From: Alphaproteobacteria bacterium
Lineage (GTDB): Bacteria; Pseudomonadota; Alphaproteobacteria; UBA828
Length of the DNA: 64,000 nucleotides
Direction: 5' to 3'
NCBI GenBank assembly: GCA_965220745.1
Contig: CBDCQT010000010.1
Location: 416,001-480,000 of the forward strand
The notes below the pieces were generated by a model. It made no database searches, was not told the DNA's origin, and was given only the letters and a program-made list of their open reading frames with translations. Each line of letters opens with the position of its first letter. Position 1 is the stretch's first letter. Shown here in pieces: positions 37,986 through 48,314 of the stretch. The position numbers and the translations under genes are program-made.

Positions 37986-40730
37986 TTAGCCGGCCGCGCT
38001 GCGGCGCGGCGCGGCGCCGGACTGGCGCCAGAGCATTTCGGTCAGGCGGCCCTGCACCTGCGCGATCTGCGCCTCGCGGGAAAGCTTCAGGCCGAAACGG
38101 TCCCTCACGTAGAACACGTCGACGGCGCGGGAGCCCACAGTCGAAATGTGCGCCGAGCCGATCGAGACACCGCAGGCGCTGAGCGTCCGCGTGATGTCGT
38201 AGAGGAGCCCCGGGCGATCGCGCGCGCTCACCTCGATTACGGTGTAGCCGATGCTCGCACCGTTATCGACGAGGACATGGGGCTCGAGCGCGATCGGGGC
38301 GGAGCGCGCAGGCGGAGGTGCGGCCACGAAGGGCGCCTCATCCACGCGTTCTGCGCCCGCGTCATCTTGGGAGAGCGCGCGCACCACGCTTTGCTCGAGC
38401 CGCTCCAGGCGCTCTTCGTCGCGGATCGCGCCGCCGCCTGCGGCTTGAATCCAGATCGTGTCGATAGCCATCCCGTCGCTGGTGGTGAAGACGCGGGCGT
38501 CGATGATGTTCGCGCCCGAATTGGCCATCGCGCCGGCAATGGCGGCGAACAGGCCGATGTAATCGGGCGTGTAGAGCGTCATCTCCGTCGCTTCCCTGGT
38601 CTGATCGATGCGGGTCTCGACCAGGGGCCCCCTGCCCCCGCCTTGCACGAGGCGGGCGTGGCGTTCCTGCATCGCGCTGTCGGTGGAGAGCCAGTAGTTC
38701 TCGGGAAGTCTGGCCTCGAATTGCGCGACCTCTGCCTCGGTCCAGTCCGAGAGGCGGGCATGTAGGGCCTGCCGGGCATTCGTCACGCGCGCCTCCCGGT
38801 CCTCGGCCTCGCGACCGCCTGCCAGCACCGCCTCGGCCCGGTGGTAGAGCATGCGCAGGAGCGAGCCTTTCCACGCCGTCATGCGCCCCGGCCCAACGGC
38901 GGTGATGTCGGCGGCGGTCAGCACCAGCAGGAGCCGCAGGCGCTCGAGCGAGCGGACCCGGCCGACGAAATCGTCAATGGTGCGCGGATCGTTGGGGTCG
39001 CGTTTGAACGCGGTCATGCTGAACAGGAGATGCCAGCGGACGAGCCAGGCGACGGTCTCGACCTCATCCGGTGAGAATTGTAGCCGGTTGGCGACCTCGC
39101 GTGCGATCTCGGCGCCGATCTCCGAATGGTCGCCGCCCCGCCCCTTCGCGACATCGTGCAGGAGAAGCGCGAGATAGAGCACATCGCGCATCCGCAACTG
39201 GTGAATCAGGGTGCTGGCGAGCGGCAGCTCGTCGGCATGGTCGCCTCTTTCGATCGCGGCGAGCACGCCGATGGCCCGAATACTGTGCTCGTCGACCGTG
39301 TAGACGTGATACAGATCGAGCTGGGTCTGCGCGACGACGCGGCCGAAGTCCGGCAGGAACTGCCCCATCACGCCGGCCTCGTTCATCATCCGAAGAATCG
39401 TTTCGGGATCGCGCCTGTCGGTGAGGATCGCGCGGAAGGCGCGATTGGCCTCGGGGTCGTCGCGCACCTCGGCGGTGATCAGACCGTGGCCCTGGTGGAT
39501 CAAGCGCGCAGTGGCGGGATGGATGTCGCGGCCTTCGATCTGGGCGCGGCGGAAGATCGTCACGAGGCGCACCGGGCGCTCCATGAAGGTGTCCTCGCTG
39601 ACCGCCGCGATGCGTCCACCGGAGACGAACAGCCCGTCGCGGGCCGGGCCCGTCACCGTCCCTGAGCGGTGGACCGGAGCGCTGTGGAGCCGCTCTGCCT
39701 CCAGCACCGCGCAGAAGACCCGCGTGAGCTCGCCCACCTCCTTCGCGGCCAGAAAATAGTGCTTCATGAAGCGCTCGACGGCGAGATTGCCACGGCGCGG
39801 CCCGTAGCCCATGCGCGCTGCGATCTCGGGTTGCCGGTCGAAGGTGAGGCGATCATCGGCGCGGTCGCAGACGATGTGGAGGTGGGCGCGCACCCGCCAC
39901 AAGAAGTCCTCAGCCCGCGCAAAGCGATCGTATTCGTGCTGATTGAGCACGCCGCGCTCCACCAGCTCGCCGAAACGCTCGACACGGAAGAGATACTTGG
40001 CGATCCAGAACAGCACGTGGAGGTCGCGCAAGCCGCCCTTGCCGTCCTTCACGTTAGGCTCCAGGAGATAACGCGAATCGCCTGCGCGCACGTGTCGCTC
40101 ATCGCGTTCGCGCATCTTGGCGGCCACGAACTCGGCCTCGGTGCCAGGCACCAGCTCGGCAAGAAATCGATGGCGGAACCCGTCATAGAGCGCCTGGTCG
40201 CCCCACACGCGGCGCGATTCGAGCACCGCGGTGCGGATCGTCATGTCGTCCCGTGCCCGCCCAAGGCAATCGGCGACCGAACGGGTCGCATGGCCGACCG
40301 TGAAGCCGAGGTCCCACATCATGTAGAGCAGATGCTCAATGATCTGCTCGCTGCGGGCAGTGAGCTTGTAGGGGTGCAGGAAGAGGATATCGATATCGGA
40401 GTGGGGCGACAGATCGCCCCGGCCGTAGCCGCCGACCGCCACCAGCGAAAGACGGTTGGCCGTGGTCGGGTTGGGCAGCGGGTAGAGGACCTCGGCCGCC
40501 CGATCCAGCAGCACGCGCAGTAGCTGGTCGATCAGAGTGGTCTGGGCTGCAACGATCTCGGCACCCGACGCTCCGGCTTCGAGGCGTCGTTGAAGCGCCT
40601 CGCGGCCTTGATCGCGGGCGCGCCGCATAACTTCGAGCACGCCCTTCCGATCGTCGTGACCGAGCCGGTGGATCGCATCTGCAAGAGTCCGTCGGTCAAA
40701 GAGGTCCGGCGGAGAGTCAGGCGCGTTCAT
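37986..40730 (-). CDS. glnD: [Protein-PII] uridylyltransferase
   Basis: AVGGYGRGDLSPHSDID, EPNVKDGKGGLRD, HVYTVDEH, LLHDVAKG, two ACT domains. Confidence 0.95.
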   Translation of the reverse strand: MNAPDSPPDLFDRRTLADAIHRLGHDDRKGVLEVMRRARDQGREALQRRLEAGASGAEIVAAQTTLIDQLLRVLLDRAAEVLYPLPNPTTANRLSLVAVGGYGRGDLSPHSDIDILFLHPYKLTARSEQIIEHLLYMMWDLGFTVGHATRSVADCLGRARDDMTIRTAVLESRRVWGDQALYDGFRHRFLAELVPGTEAEFVAAKMRERDERHVRAGDSRYLLEPNVKDGKGGLRDLHVLFWIAKYLFRVERFGELVERGVLNQHEYDRFARAEDFLWRVRAHLHIVCDRADDRLTFDRQPEIAARMGYGPRRGNLAVERFMKHYFLAAKEVGELTRVFCAVLEAERLHSAPVHRSGTVTGPARDGLFVSGGRIAAVSEDTFMERPVRLVTIFRRAQIEGRDIHPATARLIHQGHGLITAEVRDDPEANRAFRAILTDRRDPETILRMMNEAGVMGQFLPDFGRVVAQTQLDLYHVYTVDEHSIRAIGVLAAIERGDHADELPLASTLIHQLRMRDVLYLALLLHDVAKGRGGDHSEIGAEIAREVANRLQFSPDEVETVAWLVRWHLLFSMTAFKRDPNDPRTIDDFVGRVRSLERLRLLLVLTAADITAVGPGRMTAWKGSLLRMLYHRAEAVLAGGREAEDREARVTNARQALHARLSDWTEAEVAQFEARLPENYWLSTDSAMQERHARLVQGGGRGPLVETRIDQTREATEMTLYTPDYIGLFAAIAGAMANSGANIIDARVFTTSDGMAIDTIWIQAAGGGAIRDEERLERLEQSVVRALSQDDAGAERVDEAPFVAAPPPARSAPIALEPHVLVDNGASIGYTVIEVSARDRPGLLYDITRTLSACGVSIGSAHISTVGSRAVDVFYVRDRFGLKLSREAQIAQVQGRLTEMLWRQSGAAPRRSAAG

Positions 40731-40982
40731 CGCCGCACGCTCGGGAAGCCGGCCAACCTGGGCCGTCTCTCGCCGCAACGCAAAACGCTCGCTGAACCGG
40801 GTCCCATCGTCTCGCTACTTGCCCCCTATTGCCGGATGCCCGCAAGCTCACAGGGAATTGCGGGGCGTGGGCGGCGCGGTCATGTATAATCCCGTGCGGC
40901 GCCGCGATCGCCCCGCCAAATCGATCGCCCGGCGTAGCTCGGCCTTGCGCCGACGTTCGATCATAGCCACTTGTTCGCCACC

Positions 40983-42329
40983 ATGGACCTGCTTGTCGAC
41001 AAACTAAACTATATTTGGCCGTTTCTCGCGGTGATCACGCCCGTGGTGTTCTTCCACGAGCTTGGCCATTACCTCGTGGCCAGGATCAACGGCGTGCGCG
41101 TGGAGGTGTTCGCGGTCGGCTTCGGGCCGGAGCTCGTCGGCATCGACGACCGCCACGGGACACGCTGGAAGCTGTGTGCGCTGCCGCTCGGCGGCTATGT
41201 GAAGTTCCACGGCGACGCCGATGTCACCAGCACGTCGGCCAAGGACGACGACGCGCCGCCCCCGCCCGATTCGTTCTTCGCCAAGTCGGTGGGGAAGCGC
41301 TCGGCCATCGCGTTCGCGGGTCCGTTCGCGAACCTCCTGCTCGCAGCGGCGATCTTCGCCGTCTTCTTCATTGTGGTCGGCCAGCGCTACACGCCGGTAG
41401 AAATCGGCACCGTGCGCGCGGGAAGCCCCGCCGCCGTCGCCGGGCTCCAGCCGGGCGACAGACTGGTCGAGCTCAACGGCAGCCGCGTCGAGCGCTTCGA
41501 GGAGCTGGACTTCACCCTCCTCCAGAGCGTGGGCGAGCCGCTCACGCTCGCGGTCGAACGAAGCGGTGAGTTGCTCGAATTCACGATCAAGCCGGAGATC
41601 ATCGAGGTGCTGGACGCCTTCGACCGGCCGCAGCAGCTGGGCGATATCGGAGTCCGGCCGTTCACGCCGGCCTCCGTTTCGCAAGTGGTGGCGGGCAGCC
41701 CGGCTGAGCGGGGCGGCCTCCAAGCCGGCGACAGTATCGTCCGTATCGGCGATGTGGCGATCGAGAGCTTTGACCACCTTCGCACCATCGTGGAGCGGAA
41801 CGCGGGCGTGCCGCTCACTTTCTTCGTCGAACGGAGCGGCGGCGAGGAGACGCTGACCGTCACCCCGGACGACGCGAACGGGACGGGGCGGATCGGTGTC
41901 TACCCCGAGCAGCAGACGGCGTTCCGCAATCTTGGAGTCGGTGAGTCAATTTGGGCAGGGGTCGAACACACGTATGCGCTCGCCGCCGCAAACCTGCGTG
42001 CAATCGGGCAGATGATCGCCGGCACCCGCTCCACCGAGCAACTGAGCGGCCCCGTCGGCATCGCCGTCATGTCGCGGAGCGTGCTTGAGCGCGGCGTCTC
42101 TGGCTTCATCGAGTTCGCAGCGTTGATTTCCATCGCCCTCGGCCTGATCAATCTGTTTCCGATTCCGCCGCTCGACGGCGGACACCTGCTATACAACGGC
42201 ATCGAAGCCCTGTTCCGGCGTCCGCTGAATGCCCGGCTTCAGCAAATCGGCGCGACGGTGGGGCTAACGATTGTTATCGCATTGATGGTATGGGTGACGA
42301 CGAAGGACATCATCGGCCTGACCTCATGA
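40983..42329 (+). CDS. rseP: RIP metalloprotease RseP (two PDZ domains)
   Basis: FHELGH, LPLGGYVKF, AGPFAN, NLFPIPPLDGGH. Confidence 0.95.
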   Translation: MDLLVDKLNYIWPFLAVITPVVFFHELGHYLVARINGVRVEVFAVGFGPELVGIDDRHGTRWKLCALPLGGYVKFHGDADVTSTSAKDDDAPPPPDSFFAKSVGKRSAIAFAGPFANLLLAAAIFAVFFIVVGQRYTPVEIGTVRAGSPAAVAGLQPGDRLVELNGSRVERFEELDFTLLQSVGEPLTLAVERSGELLEFTIKPEIIEVLDAFDRPQQLGDIGVRPFTPASVSQVVAGSPAERGGLQAGDSIVRIGDVAIESFDHLRTIVERNAGVPLTFFVERSGGEETLTVTPDDANGTGRIGVYPEQQTAFRNLGVGESIWAGVEHTYALAAANLRAIGQMIAGTRSTEQLSGPVGIAVMSRSVLERGVSGFIEFAALISIALGLINLFPIPPLDGGHLLYNGIEALFRRPLNARLQQIGATVGLTIVIALMVWVTTKDIIGLTS

Positions 42330-44641
42330 CCCAGCGAGCAAAGCAGATGCGCGGAGCGAAAGCGGCAGGTGCAAGGGGCCGGATGCGGCACGTCGTCTGG
42401 CTGGCGGCGGTCATAGTCGGCGTGTGGATGGGTGCCGCCGCGGTGCAAGCGCAGACAATCGAGTCCGTGCTCGTCGAGGGCAACGAGCGTATCGAAGCTG
42501 ACACCGTGCGGTCCTACATGGCGGTGGGCCCTGGCGATGCGTTCGATGCCGACGCGCTCAACGAGTCCCTCAAGAGGCTTTTCGAAAGCGGCCTGTTCGC
42601 CGATGTGGCCATCCGGCGGGAGGGAGACGCCCTGATCGTTGGCGTGGTCGAGAACCCGATCATCAATCGCGTGCTCTTCGAAGGTAACGACACGATCGAG
42701 GACAACGATCTGGAGTCGGAGATTCAGCTCCAACCGAGGGTGGTCTACACTCGGCCGCGGGTGCAGTCGGACCTGCAGCGGTTGACCGATATCTACCGGC
42801 GTAGCGGTCGCTTCGCCGCCACCATCGAGCCCAAAGTCATCCAACTCCCGCAAAACCGGGTCGATCTCGTCTTCGAGGTAAACGAGGGACCGGTTACGGG
42901 TATCCGGCGAATCAACTTCATCGGCAACGCCCACTTCAGCGACAGCGCTCTCAGAGACGTCGTCCAGACCCGAGAAAGCGCGTGGTATCGCTTCGCCACG
43001 ACCGCCGATAACTACGATCCCGACCGGCTGACCTTCGACCGAGAGCTCCTCCGCCGGTTTTATCTCGCCAACGGCTACGTCGACTTTCGCGTCGTCTCAG
43101 CGGTCGCCGAGCTGACGCCCGACCGCAGCGATTTCATCGTCACCTTCTCGTTGGAGGAAGGAGATCGCTATCAAGTGGCCGCCATCGATATCGAAAGCCA
43201 GCTGCGGGATCTGGCGCCGGATGAGCTGCTCCCAGTCATCGAGATCGAAGTGGGCGAATGGTATGACGCGGAGCAAGTCGAGGAGACGCTGGTCGCGCTC
43301 ACCGAAGTCGTCGGCAGCCGCGGTTACGCGTTCGTCGACGTCCAGCCCCGCGTCGAGCGAGACCGCGAGTCGACAACCGTCGACGTCACCTTCGAGATCG
43401 ACGAGGGTCCGCGGGTCTATGTCGAGCGAATCGACATCGTGGGCAACGTCCGCACCCTCGACGAGGTGATCCGCCGCGAGTTCCGGCTGGTGGAGGGCGA
43501 TGCCTTCAGCTCGGCCCTCATCCGCCGCTCGCGACAGCGAATCATGAACCTCGGCTTCTTCGACAAGGTCGACATCAGCACCAGCGAGGGTTCGGCGCCG
43601 GACCGTTCGGTCCTCACGGTGGAGGTCAGCGAAGTCCCCACGGGCGAACTCGGCTTCGGCGCCGGCGTCTCGTCGGCGGAGGGCTTTCTCGGCGATATTT
43701 CCATCCGCGAGCGCAATCTGCTCGGCCGAGGACAGGACCTCAGGCTCGGGCTCACGGCCTCGGCTAGCCGCCAGGAAATTGACCTGAGTTTCACCGAGCC
43801 TTATTTCATGGACCGGGACGTCGCGGCGGGATTCGACGTTTTTCGCCGGACTGCCGATCTACAAGACGAGAGCTCTTTTGATCGCGAAACCGTCGGTCTC
43901 TCGTTGCGCTTAGGCTATCCACTGTCCGAGCGGTTGCGGCATTCTGTCGCCTACACGTTCAAGAACGATGAAGTCAGCGATGTCTCGCCGACCACGTCGC
44001 GATTTATCCGCGAGCAGGAAGGCGAGACGACGACCTCGGCCATCTCGCACCGGCTGACTTACGATCTGCGCGACAGCATCATCGACCCGACCGAAGGGTA
44101 TGTGGTCCGCTTCGGGCAGGAGCTCGCCGGGCTCGGCGGCGACAACCGGTACATCAAGCACACCCTTCGCTACGGCCACTACTTTTCGATAGCCGATGGA
44201 TGGATCCTGAGTGGGGTGCTTCGTAGTGGCTATATCGTCGGCCTTGACGACGACGTGGGTATTGTCGACCGATTCTTCCTCGGCGGCCGCAGTCTGCGGG
44301 GCTTCGAGCCGAGTGGCGTGGGCCCGCGCGATGCCGAGACCGACGATTCGCTCGGCGGCAATCTCTTCTATTCGGTGACGGGTGAGCTGAGTTTCCCGCT
44401 GGGGCTGGCCGAAGAGCTCGACCTGCGTGGCGCGACCTTCACCGACATCGGAAGCCTCACCAAAATCGACGCCTCGGGACCGGAACTTCTGGACGAGGCC
44501 TCGCCGCGGCTTTCGGTTGGTGTGGGGCTAAAATTCCGTTCACCGATCGGCCCAATTCGGTTGGACTTCTCACGAGCCCTCATCAAAGAAGACTTCGATC
44601 GGACCGAGAACTTCCGCTTCAGTTTCGGAACGAGGTTCTAG
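42326..44641 (+). CDS. bamA: Outer membrane protein assembly factor BamA
   Basis: POTRA repeats (GNERI, GNVRTLDEVIRRE), LRGF motif, SPIGPIRLD, C-terminal F; start may be slightly downstream. Confidence 0.96.
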   Translation: MTQRAKQMRGAKAAGARGRMRHVVWLAAVIVGVWMGAAAVQAQTIESVLVEGNERIEADTVRSYMAVGPGDAFDADALNESLKRLFESGLFADVAIRREGDALIVGVVENPIINRVLFEGNDTIEDNDLESEIQLQPRVVYTRPRVQSDLQRLTDIYRRSGRFAATIEPKVIQLPQNRVDLVFEVNEGPVTGIRRINFIGNAHFSDSALRDVVQTRESAWYRFATTADNYDPDRLTFDRELLRRFYLANGYVDFRVVSAVAELTPDRSDFIVTFSLEEGDRYQVAAIDIESQLRDLAPDELLPVIEIEVGEWYDAEQVEETLVALTEVVGSRGYAFVDVQPRVERDRESTTVDVTFEIDEGPRVYVERIDIVGNVRTLDEVIRREFRLVEGDAFSSALIRRSRQRIMNLGFFDKVDISTSEGSAPDRSVLTVEVSEVPTGELGFGAGVSSAEGFLGDISIRERNLLGRGQDLRLGLTASASRQEIDLSFTEPYFMDRDVAAGFDVFRRTADLQDESSFDRETVGLSLRLGYPLSERLRHSVAYTFKNDEVSDVSPTTSRFIREQEGETTTSAISHRLTYDLRDSIIDPTEGYVVRFGQELAGLGGDNRYIKHTLRYGHYFSIADGWILSGVLRSGYIVGLDDDVGIVDRFFLGGRSLRGFEPSGVGPRDAETDDSLGGNLFYSVTGELSFPLGLAEELDLRGATFTDIGSLTKIDASGPELLDEASPRLSVGVGLKFRSPIGPIRLDFSRALIKEDFDRTENFRFSFGTRF

Positions 44642-44643
44642 AA

Positions 44644-45204
44644 ATGCAGGGATTGAGCCGGATTTGGCTTGTCTTCGCGCTTGCCGTCGCCGGTGCGGTG
44701 GGCGGCAATGCAAGCGCGTGGGCAGACGAGCATGGGACGCGTGTCGCCGTTATCGAGATGGCGCGGATTCTCGGCGAAGCGTCGGCAGTTCACTCGATCA
44801 GGACTCAGGGGGAAGCGCAGCGCAGGTCCTATGCCGCAGACGCGCAGCGCGAGGCGGAGCGGCTGCGCGGTGTCCGAGACGAGCTCCAGCAACAGGCGAC
44901 ATTGCTCTCACCCACGGTGTTGGAGGAGCGCCAGCGTGCCTTCAACGCGGAGATCGCGGCGGCCGACCAGAGGGCAACGACCCGCAACCAAGTCCTGCAA
45001 AACGCCGTGGCTAATGGCGAAATTCGTTTTCGCGAAGTCCTGGGTATTGTTGTCGAAGAGATCGCGACCGAGCACGGAATTGAAATCGTGCTGCCGGTTC
45101 ACGAGGCGATTTTTGCCGTCACCGAGTTCAATCTGACTGACTTGATAATCGAACGGTTGAACGAGGCGTATCCCGAGATTGCGCTGACGTTCGACGAGAA
45201 CTGA
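44644..45204 (+). CDS. skp: OmpH/Skp periplasmic chaperone
   Basis: Signal peptide, [10 protein letters not shown], coiled coil; located between bamA and lpxD. Confidence 0.85.
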   Translation: MQGLSRIWLVFALAVAGAVGGNASAWADEHGTRVAVIEMARILGEASAVHSIRTQGEAQRRSYAADAQREAERLRGVRDELQQQATLLSPTVLEERQRAFNAEIAAADQRATTRNQVLQNAVANGEIRFREVLGIVVEEIATEHGIEIVLPVHEAIFAVTEFNLTDLIIERLNEAYPEIALTFDEN

Positions 45205-46232
45205 TGCCCGATCCACGCTTTTACGCCGTGGCGGGACCGTTCACGCTGGCCGAAATCGCCGAGGCAGCAGGGGCAGAGCTCGCGGCGGGCGCCGACCCAG
45301 CAAGGCGGCTCTCCGACGTGGCACCCCTCAGCCACGCGACGCCGGAGAACCTGAGCTTCCTCGCCAACTCAAAGTATGTCGACGCGTTCGCCACCTGCCG
45401 CGCCGGCGCCTGCGTCGCGCCCGCTTCGCTGGCTCACCGTGCGCCGGCAGACGTGGCGGTCCTGACCAGCGATAACCCCTACAAGTCCTTCGCGCTGGCC
45501 GCCCAGCTGTTTCATCCGATTCCAGCTCCAGAGCCGGGGGTGCACCCTGCGGCGGTGATCGACTCGACGGCGGATCTCGGCACGGGATGCCGGGTTGAAG
45601 CGGGTGCCGTCATCCAGGCCGACGCACGTATCGGCGCTCGATGTCTAGTCGGAGCCAACGTCACCGTAGGCCCTGCTGTCGAGATCGGCGACGACACGCG
45701 GATCGGCGTGGGCGCCTCGCTCAGCCACTGCCTGATCGGCAAGCGCGTGGTGATCTTCCCCGGCGTCCGCATCGGCCAGGAGGGCTTCGGCTTCGCGATC
45801 GATCGGGGCGGCCACGTGAAGATTCCGCAGCTCGGCCGTGTCCTGATCGAAGATGACGTTGAAATCGGTGCCAACACCACTATCGACCGAGGATCCGGCC
45901 CGGACACCGTGATCGCCCAAGGATGCCGGATCGACAATCTGGTGCAGATCGCCCACAACGTCCGCGTCGGGCGGGGTAGCGTGATTGCGGCCCAAAGCGC
46001 GCTCGCCGGCAGCGCGAGGGTCGGTGAATTCGTTCAGATCGCGGGCCAGGTGGGCGTTGCGGATCACCGCACGGTCGGCGACGGCGTCCGGCTCGCCGGC
46101 CAAACCGGCGTCACCCGTGATATCGAGCCGGGCGAGACCTACGGCGGCACGCCCGCCGTGCCGATCCGGCAATGGCACCGCCAAAGCGCGCATCTGGCGC
46201 GGCTGGCAACAGGCAAGGCGGCCCCGGAATGA
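45204..46232 (+). CDS. lpxD: UDP-3-O-acyl-glucosamine N-acyltransferase
   Basis: [33 protein letters not shown]. Confidence 0.96.
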   Translation: MPDPRFYAVAGPFTLAEIAEAAGAELAAGADPARRLSDVAPLSHATPENLSFLANSKYVDAFATCRAGACVAPASLAHRAPADVAVLTSDNPYKSFALAAQLFHPIPAPEPGVHPAAVIDSTADLGTGCRVEAGAVIQADARIGARCLVGANVTVGPAVEIGDDTRIGVGASLSHCLIGKRVVIFPGVRIGQEGFGFAIDRGGHVKIPQLGRVLIEDDVEIGANTTIDRGSGPDTVIAQGCRIDNLVQIAHNVRVGRGSVIAAQSALAGSARVGEFVQIAGQVGVADHRTVGDGVRLAGQTGVTRDIEPGETYGGTPAVPIRQWHRQSAHLARLATGKAAPE

Positions 46233-46699
46233 ACGAAACGGCATCAATGCCAACAGTGGAACGCATGGACATCGAGGATATCCTCCAAGCGATCCCCCAC
46301 CGATACCCGTTCCTCATGATCGATCGCATGGTCGACGTGATCCCCGACGTGAGCGCAATCGGCATCAAGAACGTGTCGATCAACGAATCGTACTTCCACG
46401 GGCACTTTCCGCGTATGCCGGTCATGCCGGGCGTGCTGATCATCGAATCGATGGCGCAGAGCGCGGCGGTGCTCGTGGTGGCGACCCTCGGTCCTGCCAT
46501 GGCCGGCAAGCTCGTGTACTTCATGTCGGTCGAGAATTGCCGCTTCCGCCGACCCGTGGTGCCGGGCGATCAGCTCTTCATTCACGTCACCAAGAAGCAC
46601 CGGCGCCGTAACGTGTGGAAGTTCGAGGCCAGAGCCGAAGTTGAGGGCGAGGCGGTGGCGGAGGCCACATATTCGGCGATGATCCTGGAAGACACCTGA
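46229..46699 (+). CDS. fabZ: 3-hydroxyacyl-ACP dehydratase
   Basis: [28 protein letters not shown]. Confidence 0.96.
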   Translation: MNETASMPTVERMDIEDILQAIPHRYPFLMIDRMVDVIPDVSAIGIKNVSINESYFHGHFPRMPVMPGVLIIESMAQSAAVLVVATLGPAMAGKLVYFMSVENCRFRRPVVPGDQLFIHVTKKHRRRNVWKFEARAEVEGEAVAEATYSAMILEDT

Positions 46700-46700
46700 C

Positions 46701-47501
46701 GTGGCGGACATCCACCCGACTGCCATTATCGAGCCGGGCGCGGAACTCGGCGACGGCGTCAGCATCGGCCCCTATTGCATCGTAGGGTCCAACGTCGTCC
46801 TCGGCGACGAGGTGCGGCTGGTCTCTCACGCGATCGTCACCGGGCGCACGACGGTCGGCCCACGCACCAGCATCTATCCCTTCGCTTCCATCGGCCACCC
46901 GCCGCAGGATACCAAGTACCGAGGTGAGCCCTCGCGTCTCGAGATCGGCCACGACAATGTCATCCGCGAGCACGTGACCATGAATCCGGGCACGCCCCAC
47001 GGCCGCATGCTGACGCACGTCGGCGACCACTGCCTGTTCATGATCGCGACCCACGTCGCTCACGACTGCATCGTCGGCGACCACGTCGTCATGGCCAACA
47101 ACGCGACGCTGGGCGGCCACGTGACGGTGGACGACTGGGCCATTATCGGTGGCCTCGCGGGCATTCATCAGTTCGTCCGCATCGGACGCCACGCGATCGT
47201 CGGCGGCATGTCCGGAGTCGAGCACGACATCATTCCTTATGGCTCGGCCATGGGCGACCGCGCGCGCCTGACCGGGCTCAACCTGGTCGGGCTCAAGCGC
47301 CGTGGCTTCAGCCGCGACATCGTCCACGATCTTAGGCGGGCTTTCCGGCTGCTCTTCGCGCAGGAAGGGACCATGACCGAGCGTCTCGCGGACGTCACCG
47401 AGCTGTTCCAGGACAACGAGCCGGTCATGGATATCGTCGACTTCATGCGGGTCGACCGCGAACGCTCGATTTGCCAACCCAAGGACGATGGCGGGGAGTA
47501 G
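46701..47501 (+). CDS. lpxA: UDP-N-acetylglucosamine acyltransferase
   Basis: IHPTAII, PQDTKY, HVAHDC, LGGHV, HQFVRIG. Confidence 0.96.
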   Translation: MADIHPTAIIEPGAELGDGVSIGPYCIVGSNVVLGDEVRLVSHAIVTGRTTVGPRTSIYPFASIGHPPQDTKYRGEPSRLEIGHDNVIREHVTMNPGTPHGRMLTHVGDHCLFMIATHVAHDCIVGDHVVMANNATLGGHVTVDDWAIIGGLAGIHQFVRIGRHAIVGGMSGVEHDIIPYGSAMGDRARLTGLNLVGLKRRGFSRDIVHDLRRAFRLLFAQEGTMTERLADVTELFQDNEPVMDIVDFMRVDRERSICQPKDDGGE

Positions 47502-48306
47502 CCTAGGAATTATTGCCGGCGGCGGGCCGCTGCCGGGCCTCATCGCGCGGGCGTGCAGGGGCGAAGGCCGCGAAATCCTCGTCATTGCCTTCGAGGGCGA
47601 GACGGACCCGGAGACGTGCGTTGGCGTCCCCCACCGTTGGCTCGGGCTCGGTGCGGTCGGCGCCTTGCTCAAGTCGCTGAGGCAGGCGAGTTGCCGCGAG
47701 GTTGTGCTTGCCGGCTCGATCCGACGGCCCTCCCTCTCCTCCCTCAAGGTCGACCTGCGCGGCATGCGCCTCATGGGGCGTATCGCGCGCTCCAAGACCA
47801 AGGGCGACGACGCGCTCCTCTCCCTCGTGATTGCCGAGCTTGAAGACGAGGGCTTCACCGTCGTCGGCGCCGACGACCTGATTGCAACGCTCTGCGCGCC
47901 CGCCAGCGTGATTGGCCAGCGTGCTCCCGACGAAGACGCCGAACGCGACATCGCCGTCGGCATCGAGGCTGCGCGCGCCCTCGGCGCGCAGGACATCGGG
48001 CAGGCCGTGGTCGTACAGGCGGGCCGCGTCCTCGGCGTCGAAGGCGTCGAAGGGACGGACGGGCTGATCGAACGCTGCGCTGCGCTGCAGGAGGCGGGGC
48101 CCGGCGCTGTGCTGGTCAAGATGAAAAAGCCCGGTCAGGAGCGTCGGGCCGACCTGCCGACGATCGGGGCGGACACGATCGAGAGGCTGGCCGAGGCCGG
48201 TTTCCGGGGGGTCGCGGTCGAGGCCGGCGAGACGCTTATCCTGGAGCGCGATCGGGCGGTCGCGCGCGCCGACGAGCATGGCGTGTTCTTGGTCGGCGTG
48301 AGCTGA
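47488..48306 (+). CDS. lpxI: UDP-2,3-diacylglucosamine diphosphatase LpxI
   Basis: GIIAGGGPLP, GDDALL, DIGQAVVV, EGTDGL, KPGQERRADLPTIG. Confidence 0.92.
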   Translation: MAGSSLGIIAGGGPLPGLIARACRGEGREILVIAFEGETDPETCVGVPHRWLGLGAVGALLKSLRQASCREVVLAGSIRRPSLSSLKVDLRGMRLMGRIARSKTKGDDALLSLVIAELEDEGFTVVGADDLIATLCAPASVIGQRAPDEDAERDIAVGIEAARALGAQDIGQAVVVQAGRVLGVEGVEGTDGLIERCAALQEAGPGAVLVKMKKPGQERRADLPTIGADTIERLAEAGFRGVAVEAGETLILERDRAVARADEHGVFLVGVS

Positions 48307-48314
48307 CGGGCGGA

